Shown: piece after piece, positions 38,615 through 49,114 of the stretch
Layout: the number at the start of each line of letters is the position of its first letter
How positions within the stretch are numbered: position 1 is the stretch's first letter
Assembly: GCA_049521795.1 (NCBI GenBank)
Contig: JBEKOM010000001.1
Location: 160,001 to 224,000, forward strand
Source: Candidatus Bathyarchaeia archaeon
Lineage (GTDB): Archaea > Thermoproteota > Bathyarchaeia > Bathyarchaeales > Bathycorpusculaceae
Reading direction: 5' to 3'
DNA: 64,000 nucleotides
Position numbers and translations under genes: made by a program
The notes under the pieces: model-generated
Seen by the model: the letters and a program-made list of their open reading frames with translations, nothing else
The model's database searches: none
Told to the model about the DNA's origin: nothing

Positions 38615-39613
38615 GTGAAAAAGCTGCACATTTTACCGCATAGAGTGTGCGAATCCACGTGCTATGTTAACGGGTTGGAAGATCTCGTTTCCTGGAGGGG
38701 AGCGCACTATGCTGATTTCTTGCTTTCTGTTGTTGGTGGTATGGCGGGTTTTACGTATCTTCGCTTCAAGAGGGCTGACCCGCCCTGCCTGGTGTTTTGG
38801 GGTGCCAACCCCAGATACTTGATGAAAGATCTCGCCAGAATTATTGGCTTCGAGGAGACTGTCATCGAAGGGAAGACGTTCAGGAACACGTTTACGAAGC
38901 TGAAGGAGTTCATTGACGGTGGGCAGCCCGTTGTGGTCGGAGCTCTTGACATGTACTATCTGCATTATTACCCAGATCTGTACAAGAAGCTACACGTTCC
39001 TATTCATTATGTTCTCGTCGTTGGATACGATGATGAGGAACGCGTCGTCTTCGTGCATGATTGTAGCCGTGAAGGTGTCCAGCGGGTACCATACGATGAG
39101 TTTGAGACGTCTTTGGACGTCAATGTTCCTGGGATGAGTAAGAGAAACACGATAAGGAAGTTTGACTTGCCTGAAAGATTGCCGTCTGAGTTCGAAGTTG
39201 CCGAGAAGGGTTTCTGCTACAAGGCTGAACGGTTCTTGAACCCACCTGTGAAGCTGTTTGGCATTCCTGCAATGCGCAAGCTTGCCGATGAGATTCTTGA
39301 ATGGGATAACAAGAAGTGCTTTGAGCATATGGCCACTTATGCGACAACCCCTCCGATGCTGCCTAAGACTTTCGAAAACAGTCATGGAATGCGGTTCTGG
39401 CAAGTAGACGTGCTCAACGTTCTAGGAGCCAAGTACAGCGTAGACGTTTGGACTGAGGCATCGGCTCTCTTCAGACGATCCGGACAGAAGATTCAAAAAC
39501 TTTGTGAGGCAGCTCTGAAGCAGAACAGGCAGGAAGCATCGAACAGTCTGGTGGAAATAGCCGAGATTGAGGAACAAGCATACAGACTGCTCAAAACCGC
39601 TCCTAATGAATAG
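38615..39613 (+). CDS. BtrH_N / papain-like (C39-like) domain protein
   Basis: Probable GTG start at 38615; HRVCESTC (Cys), LDMYYLHYY, HYVLVVGYDD (His). Confidence 0.75.
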   Translation: MKKLHILPHRVCESTCYVNGLEDLVSWRGAHYADFLLSVVGGMAGFTYLRFKRADPPCLVFWGANPRYLMKDLARIIGFEETVIEGKTFRNTFTKLKEFIDGGQPVVVGALDMYYLHYYPDLYKKLHVPIHYVLVVGYDDEERVVFVHDCSREGVQRVPYDEFETSLDVNVPGMSKRNTIRKFDLPERLPSEFEVAEKGFCYKAERFLNPPVKLFGIPAMRKLADEILEWDNKKCFEHMATYATTPPMLPKTFENSHGMRFWQVDVLNVLGAKYSVDVWTEASALFRRSGQKIQKLCEAALKQNRQEASNSLVEIAEIEEQAYRLLKTAPNE

Positions 39614-39651
39614 GTTACTTTGTCCCCCCGTTCTGAGTACACAGGATAGCG

Positions 39652-41772
39652 TTGACGATGACCACTGGAAACGATTCAACGTCTAACAGGCTGATCTTTG
39701 AGAAGAGCCCTTACCTTTTGCAGCATGCCCACAATCCGGTGGATTGGTATCCTTGGGGTGCTGAAGCCTTTCAAAAGGCCAGCGCAGAAGACAAACCGGT
39801 CTTCTTGTCCATCGGCTACTCAGCATGCCACTGGTGCCACGTGATGGAGAAAGAATCATTTGAAGACCCAGAAGTCGCCAGAATGCTCAACGACACTTTT
39901 GTGTGCATAAAAGTGGACCGCGAAGAAAGACCAGACTTGGACGCTGCCTACATGAAAGTTTGCCAAGCGATCACGGGAACAGGCGGATGGCCTCTGCACA
40001 TAATCATGACCGCGGACAAGAAGCCGTTCTTCGCAGCGACATACATCCCCAAAGAAAACAGGTTCGGGCAGTTCGGAATGAAACAACTTGTACCGCAGAT
40101 CAAGCAACTCTGGGCGACGAAAAGAAACGAACTCATCGACTCTGCAGAGAAGATCACAACGCTTCTCAAAGGCAGAGAAAATGAATCAAGAAGCCTGCAG
40201 CCAACTGAAGAACTCGCTGAATCTACCCTGGACGAAGCATACTTGCACCTTGCAGAGAACTTTGACGAAAGCAACGGCGGCTTCGGGACCGCACCGAAAT
40301 TTCCTTCACCACACAACCTGAGCTTCCTTCTAAGATACTGGAAGCGAACTCGACACGACAAAGCCCTGCAAATCGTTGAGAAAACCCTCGACGCCATGCG
40401 GCGGGGAGGCATCTACGACCACTTAGGCTTTGGCTTTCACCGCTATTCCACAGATGCGAAATGGCTTGTCCCCCACTTTGAGAAAATGCTCTACGACCAA
40501 GCGATGCTCGTTATAGCTTACACTGAAGCTTATCAGGCAACAGGAAAAGAAGATTACAGACAGACAGCTAGCGAAGTAATCGCATACGTCCTGCGTAACC
40601 TGACCGACCCAAGCGGCGGCTTCTATTCGGCTGAAGATGCTGACAGCGAAGGTGAGGAGGGAAAATTCTACGTTTGGACTGAACGAGAAATCAGGCAAGC
40701 GTTGTCTGAAGACGAATCGGAACTCGTCAAAAAGGTCTTCGGCATGGAAGAAGAAGGCAACTTTGTTGAAGCGACAACTGGCAAGAAGACTGGAAAGAAT
40801 GTTCTCTACATGAGAAAACCGCCTGCTGAACTAGCAGTAGACTTGCACTTTTCGCCAGAAAAGCTTCAGAAACTAATCGAAGAGGCCCGGCGGAAGCTTC
40901 TTGCCGTTCGCCAGAAACGCGTTCATCCAAGCAAAGACGACAAGATTCTCACCGACTGGAACGGCTTAATGATCGTGGCTTTGGCAAAGGCTAGCCAGGT
41001 TTTCGACGAGCCCGAATACTCGGCAGCAGCGAGAAAGGCCGCTAACTTCATAATCGGAAACTTATGCGACGCAGAGGGCAAGCTCCTTCACCGTTACCGA
41101 GAAGGAGAAACAAGTATAGACGGTTTCTTGGACGATTATGCTTTCTTTACTTGGGGGCTCATAGAACTTTACGAAGCGGTCTTTGAAACGAAATACCTCC
41201 GGTACGCCATCAACCTTGCAGACAAAATGCTTGCGCACTTCTGGGACAAAGAACGTGGAGGCTTCTACCAGACTGCCGACTATTCGGAGGCAGCTCTTTT
41301 GAGAAGCAAAGGGATCTATGATGGCGCTTATCCATCAGGCAATTCTGCTGCAGCCTTGGATTTGATCTACCTAGCGCGAATGACGGGCGAAACACGGTTT
41401 GAAGAGAAAGCAGCACAGTTAATGCGTACCTTCTCAACGGAGGTGATAAGGGATCCCTCTGCGCATACGCAACTAATGAGCGTTCTTGATTTCGCACTGG
41501 GGCCCTCAAGTGAAGTAGTAGTTGTGGGGGATCCGAAGAAAGACGACACGGCTAGGATGCTGCAAACTCTTCGGAGCAAGTTTCTTCCCAGAAAAGTCGT
41601 GATACTCCGCTCCTCAGCCGAGAAGTCTCAAGAAATAACTGACATTGCCAAATTCACAGAGAGCCTGCACGGTCAAGGAGACAAGGCAACGGCGTTTGTC
41701 TGCCGAAGCCACGTCTGCTACCTCCCAACGATAGATGTTCGCGCCATGCTGGAACTGCTGAATGGGCAATAA
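39652..41772 (+). CDS. YyaL/SPATA20-like thioredoxin plus six-hairpin glycosidase-like protein
   Basis: [59 protein letters not shown]. Confidence 0.93.
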   Translation: MTMTTGNDSTSNRLIFEKSPYLLQHAHNPVDWYPWGAEAFQKASAEDKPVFLSIGYSACHWCHVMEKESFEDPEVARMLNDTFVCIKVDREERPDLDAAYMKVCQAITGTGGWPLHIIMTADKKPFFAATYIPKENRFGQFGMKQLVPQIKQLWATKRNELIDSAEKITTLLKGRENESRSLQPTEELAESTLDEAYLHLAENFDESNGGFGTAPKFPSPHNLSFLLRYWKRTRHDKALQIVEKTLDAMRRGGIYDHLGFGFHRYSTDAKWLVPHFEKMLYDQAMLVIAYTEAYQATGKEDYRQTASEVIAYVLRNLTDPSGGFYSAEDADSEGEEGKFYVWTEREIRQALSEDESELVKKVFGMEEEGNFVEATTGKKTGKNVLYMRKPPAELAVDLHFSPEKLQKLIEEARRKLLAVRQKRVHPSKDDKILTDWNGLMIVALAKASQVFDEPEYSAAARKAANFIIGNLCDAEGKLLHRYREGETSIDGFLDDYAFFTWGLIELYEAVFETKYLRYAINLADKMLAHFWDKERGGFYQTADYSEAALLRSKGIYDGAYPSGNSAAALDLIYLARMTGETRFEEKAAQLMRTFSTEVIRDPSAHTQLMSVLDFALGPSSEVVVVGDPKKDDTARMLQTLRSKFLPRKVVILRSSAEKSQEITDIAKFTESLHGQGDKATAFVCRSHVCYLPTIDVRAMLELLNGQ

Positions 41773-41920
41773 CAGGTGCGGCTTATCCGTCTAGAGACTG
41801 GTGCCACAGTTTGGGTGAAGGACAAATCACGTTGCAGGAATACTGACTCGAAAGTAGCTATGGAACGTTGTTTTTTCGAAGTGGGCAGAGAAGTAACTGA
41901 AATCTAAACACTAATGCAAC

Positions 41921-41945
41921 AAAAAAGAGCCCTGTGCATGGGCTC
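41921..41945 (-). terminator. Hairpin plus U-tract terminator downstream of the DUF5752 gene
   Basis: Minus strand reads GAGCCC-atgcaca-GGGCTC-TTTTTT, about 20 nt after the stop at 41966. Confidence 0.55.
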
Positions 41946-41965
41946 GATATAGAAAATGGCAAATT

Positions 41966-42400
41966 CTAAGGGTAAGGCAGAAGGACAGCGGAGTTCTCGA
42001 CAACCGAGATCTCTGCAGATGATTCTCTTAGTTCTCTCACGCGATTCTCGACGGTTTCATGAATCTTCCCTCGGATGTCATTGCTGTTTGAAGGAGAGAT
42101 CCTTCCTAGTTCCTCGGCAAGTTTGGAGTCGCCGAGAATTTTCTCGACCCAGTTTTGAAAGTCTCTTCTCTGAAGATGGAACATAAGACTCTCTGACTTG
42201 ACGGACTTGACCCTGTCGAGAAAATCAGAGAGGTTTCTTGCAACTTCGCCTGTTGGTTTTCCAACAGCTTCGTAGAAATAGAAGGCTTCTTGAGGCCCTA
42301 CTGTTCTCAGAACTTTTACAGCTTCTGTGAGAACCCGTGGATTCTGCGTGTCCCCGCCTTTTTGCTTCTTCTTGTTTCTTGAAGGCATGGTTTTCTTCAT
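41966..42400 (-). CDS. DUF5752 family protein
   Basis: LRTVGPQEAFYFYEAVGKPTG..ARNLSDF...SLMFHLQRRDFQNWV..ILGD..LA. Confidence 0.8.
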   Translation of the reverse strand: MKKTMPSRNKKKQKGGDTQNPRVLTEAVKVLRTVGPQEAFYFYEAVGKPTGEVARNLSDFLDRVKSVKSESLMFHLQRRDFQNWVEKILGDSKLAEELGRISPSNSNDIRGKIHETVENRVRELRESSAEISVVENSAVLLPYP

Positions 42401-42642
42401 TCTTGTTTCACCGTTAAACCTTGCCCGTGACGTGTATCTTGCGACTTAATAAACATTCCCTAACAAGTGTAGAACTCAAACACTCATCCACGTTTCATAC
42501 GCCGATGCGACAGAAAAAAGAACAGTAAGGGCGTAGGTTTTGCCAATCGCAAGAGTTAACTTCACGTTCTCAAGCGGCAAGAGGTTCGACGAAGTAGTTA
42601 GAGGAGTATTTGAACCACTGATCCAGCGCTTCCATTTTAGAA

Positions 42643-43332
42643 TTAGTAATATCTCTTCAACGGGTTTCGCTGATCTGTTGCCAATTTCACTTGTCGCGGA
42701 ACAGATATGCCTGGCCAATCCAGTCTAGCGGTGCTCTTTCTGCTGCTTTCAATACTGATACTGTGCACATGAAGCGCGTAGGCCATTGCACGGTCTTGAG
42801 GGTTCTCGATCTGAAGCATCTGTTTTAAGCTTAGGTGCTCGAAGACTCGACGAATTGGGCGCAGAGAGTTACCGTGACATGAGATTGCCACGTTACCAGG
42901 GTTCTGTCGGAGCCATTCTTCAAGCTGCAATAAGAAGGGCAACGTTCGATTTTCAACCATCTTCAGACTTTCTCCCTCTGGCGGTGGAAAATCGTAGCCC
43001 CTGTGAATTTGAGCAAACCATTCAGGCCTTTCCAGGGCAACCTTTCTCTTGCTCTTGCCCTGAAGCAGGCCGTAGCAACGTTCGATGAGGCGGTCATCCG
43101 TAAAAACAGGAATAGCAGGATGCTTTTCAAGGACTATTTCAAGAGTTTTTCGAGCTCTTTTGAGGTGTGAGGTAAACGCATAGTCAATCCTGTCTCTCCC
43201 AAGCTGCTCTGCAATCTCTCGTGCCTGCGAAAACCCTTTCAAAGTGAGCACTGGGTCGCGCCAGCCCGAGAATATTCCACGGCTATTGTCAGTCGTTTCT
43301 GCATGTCTAAAGACAAACAGATTGCAGATCAT
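42643..43332 (-). CDS. Histidine phosphatase family, cofactor-dependent phosphoglycerate mutase-like
   Basis: RHAET...FSGWRD...LIERCYGLLQG...PPPEGESL...CHGNSLR. Confidence 0.85.
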   Translation of the reverse strand: MICNLFVFRHAETTDNSRGIFSGWRDPVLTLKGFSQAREIAEQLGRDRIDYAFTSHLKRARKTLEIVLEKHPAIPVFTDDRLIERCYGLLQGKSKRKVALERPEWFAQIHRGYDFPPPEGESLKMVENRTLPFLLQLEEWLRQNPGNVAISCHGNSLRPIRRVFEHLSLKQMLQIENPQDRAMAYALHVHSISIESSRKSTARLDWPGISVPRQVKLATDQRNPLKRYY

Positions 43333-43443
43333 CTGAGGCTTCCTCCATACGAGCTAATACAATCTTCTAAATAGAACTTACCGCTCTTGTTCATTGTGAA
43401 ATTCGCAGCGGTCCCCTTGAACTGGACATGGGAGAATGAGTAA

Positions 43444-44817
43444 GTGAAGAAAACCAAGATCATCTGCACGATCGGTCCAGCTAGCATTTCGCGAGATACG
43501 CTCAGGAGAATGTACCGTGCAGGAATGAACGGTGCTAGAATAAACACGGCTTATGGGACACTTGAGCAATACGGCATAATGGTTAGCCGTCTGCGAGAAG
43601 TAGCAGACATTCCCACAATTGTCGACTTAAAAGGGCCTGAGATAAGGCTCAGAGCGAAGGTTAAGAAAATCGTCAATGCGGGAGACGTTTTCGAACTGGG
43701 CAAGGGTAAGAGGATAGGCTTCAACAGCGACATCTATGAGGATGTAGATGTCGGAGACACTGTTCTTGTGGACAACGGTAGGCTGAGAACGCAGGTCGTG
43801 GAAAAACACGGAGAAGTCTTGAAGCTGCTTGCAAAAACAAGCGGCGAAATAGATGATGGAAAGGGAGTCAACATCCCGAACAAGAAGCTCGCAGTCCCAA
43901 CTCTCTCAAAAAAAGACTTACAAATAATAGATTTTGCAAAAGAGAACGATGTCGAATTCATTGCTCTCTCGTTCACAAGAAGTGCCCAAGACATCACTAA
44001 CCTGAAGAAAGAGGCCAACGGTTTTAAGGATGCAATCATCGCCAAGATCGAGAATTCTGAAGGTGTCGACAAATTCAATGAGATCCTTGACGCCTCAGAC
44101 GGAATCATGGTGGCAAGAGGCGACCTAGGCGTTGAAATAGAACCTGAAAAGGTCCCGCACGTTCAGAAATCAATAATCAGAAAATGCAATCAGAGAGGAA
44201 AAATCGTCGTAACAGCGACGGAAATGCTAGAATCCATGACGCACCAGCCGATCCCAACCAGAGCCGAAGTCAGCGATGTCGCCAACGCAATACTTGATGG
44301 GACAGAGGTAACGATGCTTTCAGGAGAGACAGCGGTGGGGCAGTACCCTGTGGAATCTGTCCTGATGATGTCCAGAATAGCGAAAGAAACTGAAAAAGCA
44401 GTCAAAAGTCACGTCGAAGACGAGGGGTTCATCAACATCTCGGACACTGTAAGCAAGGCGGTTCAAAGGATATGCCAAGAAATGCCTGTGCACAAAGTCG
44501 TCACGCTGACTAGGTCAGGCTACACTGCTCGAATGATCTCAAGGTTTAAGATCCCACAACAAATCGTCGCCGTCACGCCTGACAACCGCGTCAAGAAACA
44601 ACTTGAACTCTCCTACGGCGTCTACCCAGTGCACTTTGACTACCTCAAAGAAGACGACCGAATTCTGGCCGCAGCAAACAAGCTTCAAACAATGGGCCTT
44701 GTCCGCGACCAAGACACAGTTGTTTTCACTGCAGCCTTCAGAACCTCCAACCCGCATTCGAGCAATCTGATCGAGATACATAACATCAAAGAACTTGTAC
44801 AGCTGACCGATACATAA
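43444..44817 (+). CDS. pyk: Pyruvate kinase
   Basis: KTKIICTIGPAS, DLKGPEIR, AKIEN, IMVARGDLGVE, TRAEVSDVANA, MLSGETA. Confidence 0.97.
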   Translation: MKKTKIICTIGPASISRDTLRRMYRAGMNGARINTAYGTLEQYGIMVSRLREVADIPTIVDLKGPEIRLRAKVKKIVNAGDVFELGKGKRIGFNSDIYEDVDVGDTVLVDNGRLRTQVVEKHGEVLKLLAKTSGEIDDGKGVNIPNKKLAVPTLSKKDLQIIDFAKENDVEFIALSFTRSAQDITNLKKEANGFKDAIIAKIENSEGVDKFNEILDASDGIMVARGDLGVEIEPEKVPHVQKSIIRKCNQRGKIVVTATEMLESMTHQPIPTRAEVSDVANAILDGTEVTMLSGETAVGQYPVESVLMMSRIAKETEKAVKSHVEDEGFINISDTVSKAVQRICQEMPVHKVVTLTRSGYTARMISRFKIPQQIVAVTPDNRVKKQLELSYGVYPVHFDYLKEDDRILAAANKLQTMGLVRDQDTVVFTAAFRTSNPHSSNLIEIHNIKELVQLTDT

Positions 44818-44866
44818 CAAACTGCTTTTCTCTCTATGGCGTCGCGCGCATGACAGGAGGGCTAGT

Positions 44867-46117
44867 CTAGCTCTTGTTACCAATAACCGACTTGTATATG
44901 TCGATCGTTTGTTCTGCAACCTTTCTCCAAGTGAAGAATTCAAGAACTCTCTTACGTCCATTCCGGCCCCATGTTTTTGCTCTCTGTGGGTCCTCCAGCG
45001 TCTCTTTTATTCCCCAAGCTATGTCGGTTGGCTCTTCACCGTTTACGTGCATTCCAGTTTGATTGGGACCAGAAGGGATGACCTGTTCTCTGAACCCCAC
45101 CACCCCGTGCGCGCCGACCACTATGGGTTTCTCCATGGCCATGGCTTCAAGGCTCACGATGCCGAACGGTTCGTACACGGAGGGAAAAACGCAGAGGTCG
45201 GCAGCTGCATAGTGCAGTATTCTTTCATCTTCTGGAACAAATTCGAAGCGGCAGATAACGTTCTCTCCGATTCCAAGCCTGGCCGCCATCTCCAGTATGT
45301 CCTTTTGTTCCTCCCCTCTGCCCAAGATGACAAGCTTGGTTTTCGGGTACTCGTTCAGAACCATCGGAATAGCCTGCACTAAGTTCCTGACGCTTTTGAC
45401 CCATGTGAGTCTGCCGACGAACAGCAGCAGGTTCCAATCCTTTGGAACTCCATACTTTTCTCTTAACCCATCGATTGCTTCTTGACTGCAGTTTTTGGGC
45501 TTGTAGCGTTCTTCGTCGACACCGTTCCAGACAACGCTGATCTTGGGTTCGTTCCAACCGTGGCGAGTAAGGTCGTCGTGCATCGCGTAGCTTACGGTTA
45601 TTATGTGATCGGCCAGTTGTGCCGTTGCCTGCTCAAAGTGAGAGACCACTTCAGAGCCCTGTCCTCCGCTTCTTCCCCATTCGGTGCTGTGGACATGAAA
45701 GACCACGGGGATTTTCGTTTCATTCTTGGTTATTATGCCAGCGATGCTGCTCAGCCAGTCGTGAACGCACACGATGTCGAATTTGCTACCTTCTTTCTTA
45801 ATGAGTCCATTGATGAATTTCGTGGCGCTCAGAACGTTGTACATGAAGATGTCGCTGAAAAACCGGATATTGGTTCCCCATTTCACCAAGTCATTCGTGA
45901 CGAACATCGGGAAGACGTTGCTTGCGTCGGCAATCATGGGACGATGAACTTCTACCCCTTTCATGATCTCACGTGTCTTCAATTCTCCCGTGTTTAGAGT
46001 GAAAACGGCCACATCATGGCCCATTTCAATAAACTCATGAGTTATGTACTCAGCATAAGTTCCAAGCCCGCCTACGAGCTGTGGCGGATACTCATAGACA
46101 AAGAAGCCAATCTTCAA
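44867..46117 (-). CDS. GT4 glycosyltransferase (glycogen synthase-like)
   Basis: EYPPQLVGGLG, HDWLS, HSTEWGR, NGVD, FVGRL, YEPFGIVSLEAMA. Confidence 0.9.
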   Translation of the reverse strand: MKIGFFVYEYPPQLVGGLGTYAEYITHEFIEMGHDVAVFTLNTGELKTREIMKGVEVHRPMIADASNVFPMFVTNDLVKWGTNIRFFSDIFMYNVLSATKFINGLIKKEGSKFDIVCVHDWLSSIAGIITKNETKIPVVFHVHSTEWGRSGGQGSEVVSHFEQATAQLADHIITVSYAMHDDLTRHGWNEPKISVVWNGVDEERYKPKNCSQEAIDGLREKYGVPKDWNLLLFVGRLTWVKSVRNLVQAIPMVLNEYPKTKLVILGRGEEQKDILEMAARLGIGENVICRFEFVPEDERILHYAAADLCVFPSVYEPFGIVSLEAMAMEKPIVVGAHGVVGFREQVIPSGPNQTGMHVNGEEPTDIAWGIKETLEDPQRAKTWGRNGRKRVLEFFTWRKVAEQTIDIYKSVIGNKS

Positions 46118-46358
46118 CGGGTGCCCTCCACGCGCAACAACTTGCGCGCTTGTTCCTAATTAAGCAGTTCCCTTTAAAGAAGGAGCGGTTTAGCAAACTT
46201 CCATCAATCGAATGCGTCAACCAAGAAGGAAAGAGCCGAAGGAATTAGCAACAGGCTGACGACGAGATGTTCACTGCGTGCGCTGCGATGAGAAGAGTAT
46301 ATGTTTACTAACTTGTTTTAGTGAGGTAAATGTGATAAACTAACATGCAGTCTCTGCT

Positions 46359-47159
46359 TTGGCCAAAGGGATGCCGTTGACGTCACGACAATGTCTTCAA
46401 AGATTAAGAAGAAAAGCACCGCAGCTGTTGATTCTAGCAATAGTCGCTGTGTTGGTTCTAATCGTTCTGCTGGGTACTCTTGAAGATACCTTAATCGAAG
46501 GCGGCCCGTTCACGGGCACACCGCTCGATTTACTGTTGAGAGCCCTCGTCACGCTCACTCAAGACGCCACTTCCACCGTCTCTTCGTGGGGTTATGCCGG
46601 AATCTTCTTGTTGATGTTACTCGAGGCCAGTTCTCTGCCTATTCCAAGCGAAGTGATACTTCCATTCGCGGGTTACCTTGTTTCCTTGGGCCAGCTCAAC
46701 CTGTGGATAACTATCCTGATATCAACTCTTGCAGGAATTATGGGTTCGCTGGTTGACTACTACATCGGAATGAAAGGAATAAACCTGTTGACGCAACGGA
46801 GAATGCTGGACAGGGTCTTTTTTAGCACGGCACGCTTAGAGACTGTTGAGAAGTGGTTCAACAAGTATGGCTCGCTCGTTGTGTTTCTGGGCCGCATGAT
46901 CCCCGGGTTCAGAACCCTAGTGTCATTTCCAGCAGGAGCAGTGAAGATGCAGCTTCGCAAGTTTGTCGCATACACAGCATGTGGGTGCCTAGTCTGGGAC
47001 GCCTTTCTAATCTACATTGGCATATACGTAGGCGCAAATTGGCGAGAGGTTGCCGGTGTGTCGCATTACCTGATCCTCGGGGTCTTGGCCGCGATCCTCG
47101 TGGCAATCGTGGCGTTGCTTATCAAGAGAAAGAAAGGCCAGCAAGGTTCACAGCACTAA
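46359..47159 (+). CDS. DedA family membrane protein
   Basis: LEASSLPIPSEVILPFAG, GRMIPGFRTLVSFPAG. Confidence 0.92.
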   Translation: MAKGMPLTSRQCLQRLRRKAPQLLILAIVAVLVLIVLLGTLEDTLIEGGPFTGTPLDLLLRALVTLTQDATSTVSSWGYAGIFLLMLLEASSLPIPSEVILPFAGYLVSLGQLNLWITILISTLAGIMGSLVDYYIGMKGINLLTQRRMLDRVFFSTARLETVEKWFNKYGSLVVFLGRMIPGFRTLVSFPAGAVKMQLRKFVAYTACGCLVWDAFLIYIGIYVGANWREVAGVSHYLILGVLAAILVAIVALLIKRKKGQQGSQH

Positions 47160-47207
47160 GAGCGCGCGCTGCTGAAACGCTTATATTCATTCACGCTTGT
47201 CAAGGTC

Positions 47208-47756
47208 ATGAGCCTAATGTCCGACTCTGGTTTCAAGGCTATGGCTTTCACTTTCAGGATACGGGATTTCCTGAGACCGCGCAGCGACATTGTGAAGGAA
47301 GCAGGGATAAGAGAAGGCTTTCGCGTGCTTGATTATGGTTGTGGACCAGGCAGCTATGTGAAAGCTGTTTCTGAGATTGTTCGAGAGTCCGGAAAGGTTT
47401 ATGCTTTGGACATTCACCGGCTTGCGGTTGAGAGCGTTAAGAAAATTTCGGAAAAGAACGGCCTCAAAAACATAGAAACGATTCTCTCCGACCGCAAGAC
47501 TGGGTTGCCAGACGGGAGCATAGAGGTGGTTTTGCTGTATGATACGTTTCACGACTTAGTGGATCCGAATGGCGTGTTGGAAGAACTCAGCCGTGTGTTG
47601 AAGCCAGATGGAATTCTGTCGTTCAGCGACCATCACATGATAGAGGACGAGATAATTTCGAAAATCACGAATAGAGAACTGTTTAGATTGTTGAGAAAAG
47701 GAGAAAAAACGTACAGCTTCGTGAAAGAAGCATTTCCTTCAAAGGGCACCTTCTAA
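47208..47756 (+). CDS. Class I SAM-dependent methyltransferase
   Basis: VLDYGCGPGS, VYALDI, RVLKPDG. Confidence 0.9.
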   Translation: MSLMSDSGFKAMAFTFRIRDFLRPRSDIVKEAGIREGFRVLDYGCGPGSYVKAVSEIVRESGKVYALDIHRLAVESVKKISEKNGLKNIETILSDRKTGLPDGSIEVVLLYDTFHDLVDPNGVLEELSRVLKPDGILSFSDHHMIEDEIISKITNRELFRLLRKGEKTYSFVKEAFPSKGTF

Positions 47757-47781
47757 GCAACCCGAGTTTGGCAGAGCTTTT

Positions 47782-48504
47782 TCAGGAGCGCATTTTTCCC
47801 AGAATCAGGAAATTGCTGAACTTCTTTAACCGGTTTTCAGCATCATCCAAGAGCTTCTTGAGCTCTGAACCGTCGACCTCGTATGGATCAGCGCTGTTCG
47901 GGAACTTCCAGATTTGAACCTTGCCATCTTCGTCTGCTCCGATCGAATCGTCTATTTTGCACTCGTCTATCAGGCGAATGATAAACGTGACGATAACTGC
48001 CATGTCGTTCATAGCTGATTTGTTGGAATAGGATGGTTTGATGAAAACGTAGGCGTATTGTGCCCCAGTTCCTATGACCTTGTAGTCGTTAACCCTGCTT
48101 GATGTTCCCACTGCATCGACGCAGTACAAGAACGGCTGAGCCAACTTGGGCTTATGACACACAAGGGCTTCAAAAGCCTCAGACTCGTAGTCAAACCCCT
48201 CAGCCTTGTAGCGAGGACCGTAGATCTCGTATATTCTGTGAGCAACATCCTCAGTCAGCCCAACGAATCCTCTTGACGGGTCTTTCTTGACCAAACCCTT
48301 TTTCTCTAGGAGGTGCAAGTTTCTTATGTCTTGGACAAACTTCTCACGTATATCCAAGAACCCAGCAGCGGCCACCACCAGGTTCTCATACTTCTCAACC
48401 GAGATTATCTTATCCTCATAGTAAGTCATCTCGCCAGCCTTCACCTTCTTGTCACCAACTATCACTATCCCGTCTTTGCAGACTACTCCAACAATGCAAG
48501 TCAT
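47782..48504 (-). CDS. Proteasome-beta-like Ntn hydrolase without propeptide
   Basis: M-T-CIVGVVCKDGIVIVGDKK (Thr1, Asp17-like), EDKI (Lys33-like), AAAG, IGTGAQYA. Confidence 0.75.
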   Translation of the reverse strand: MTCIVGVVCKDGIVIVGDKKVKAGEMTYYEDKIISVEKYENLVVAAAGFLDIREKFVQDIRNLHLLEKKGLVKKDPSRGFVGLTEDVAHRIYEIYGPRYKAEGFDYESEAFEALVCHKPKLAQPFLYCVDAVGTSSRVNDYKVIGTGAQYAYVFIKPSYSNKSAMNDMAVIVTFIIRLIDECKIDDSIGADEDGKVQIWKFPNSADPYEVDGSELKKLLDDAENRLKKFSNFLILGKMRS

Positions 48505-48590
48505 AACAGAAACCCCATTTTACGCTTGGATGGTTTAATCATTATATAAGGTGTTCGATCTCGAGCGCGCGCTCTACACTGCGGCTATAA

Positions 48591-48998
48591 CTATAAGGAC
48601 ATGAACATGGCTTTGACCTGCTGAATGCCGCGCATTCCTCTTACTCTTCCGATCAGGTCAAGTATTCTCTCGTTTTTCCCTTGCGCTATGAAGATTTCTA
48701 GGCAATATTTGTCGTCGATGTGTCTGTGGACGTTTTCCACCACTACGTCGTCAAATTCATGTCTGACTTCAGTCATTCTTAGGTCAACATCTCTTCTCGC
48801 GTAGTCAGAGGTGATCATTATCGTTGCAGCCACAGCGCCGGTTTCCACTCTTGCAATGTCAGCCTCAGCAATCAAGTTTCTCACGGCGTCTCGAAAGGCT
48901 TCTGACCGACTGTAGTAACCTCGCGCCTTCATGAAGTCGTCGAACCTGATGAGAAGGTCGTTTGGAAGCGTAATGCTGATCACGGTCATGTTTTTCAC
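48591..48998 (-). CDS. nikR: NikR-like nickel-responsive regulator
   Basis: ISITLP...GYYSRSEAFRDAVR RHH domain; metal site RHEF...HRHIDDKYCLE. Confidence 0.85.
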   Translation of the reverse strand: MKNMTVISITLPNDLLIRFDDFMKARGYYSRSEAFRDAVRNLIAEADIARVETGAVAATIMITSDYARRDVDLRMTEVRHEFDDVVVENVHRHIDDKYCLEIFIAQGKNERILDLIGRVRGMRGIQQVKAMFMSL

Positions 48999-49114
48999 GC
49001 CTGCAATATTAACTTAGCATCATGAGACTATTGCCTTATTAATATTTCGCTCGTATTTGTCAGCACTAGATTAATATCGCAAACTGCGCATTCATGACTT
49101 AAGGCTGACAGCAT

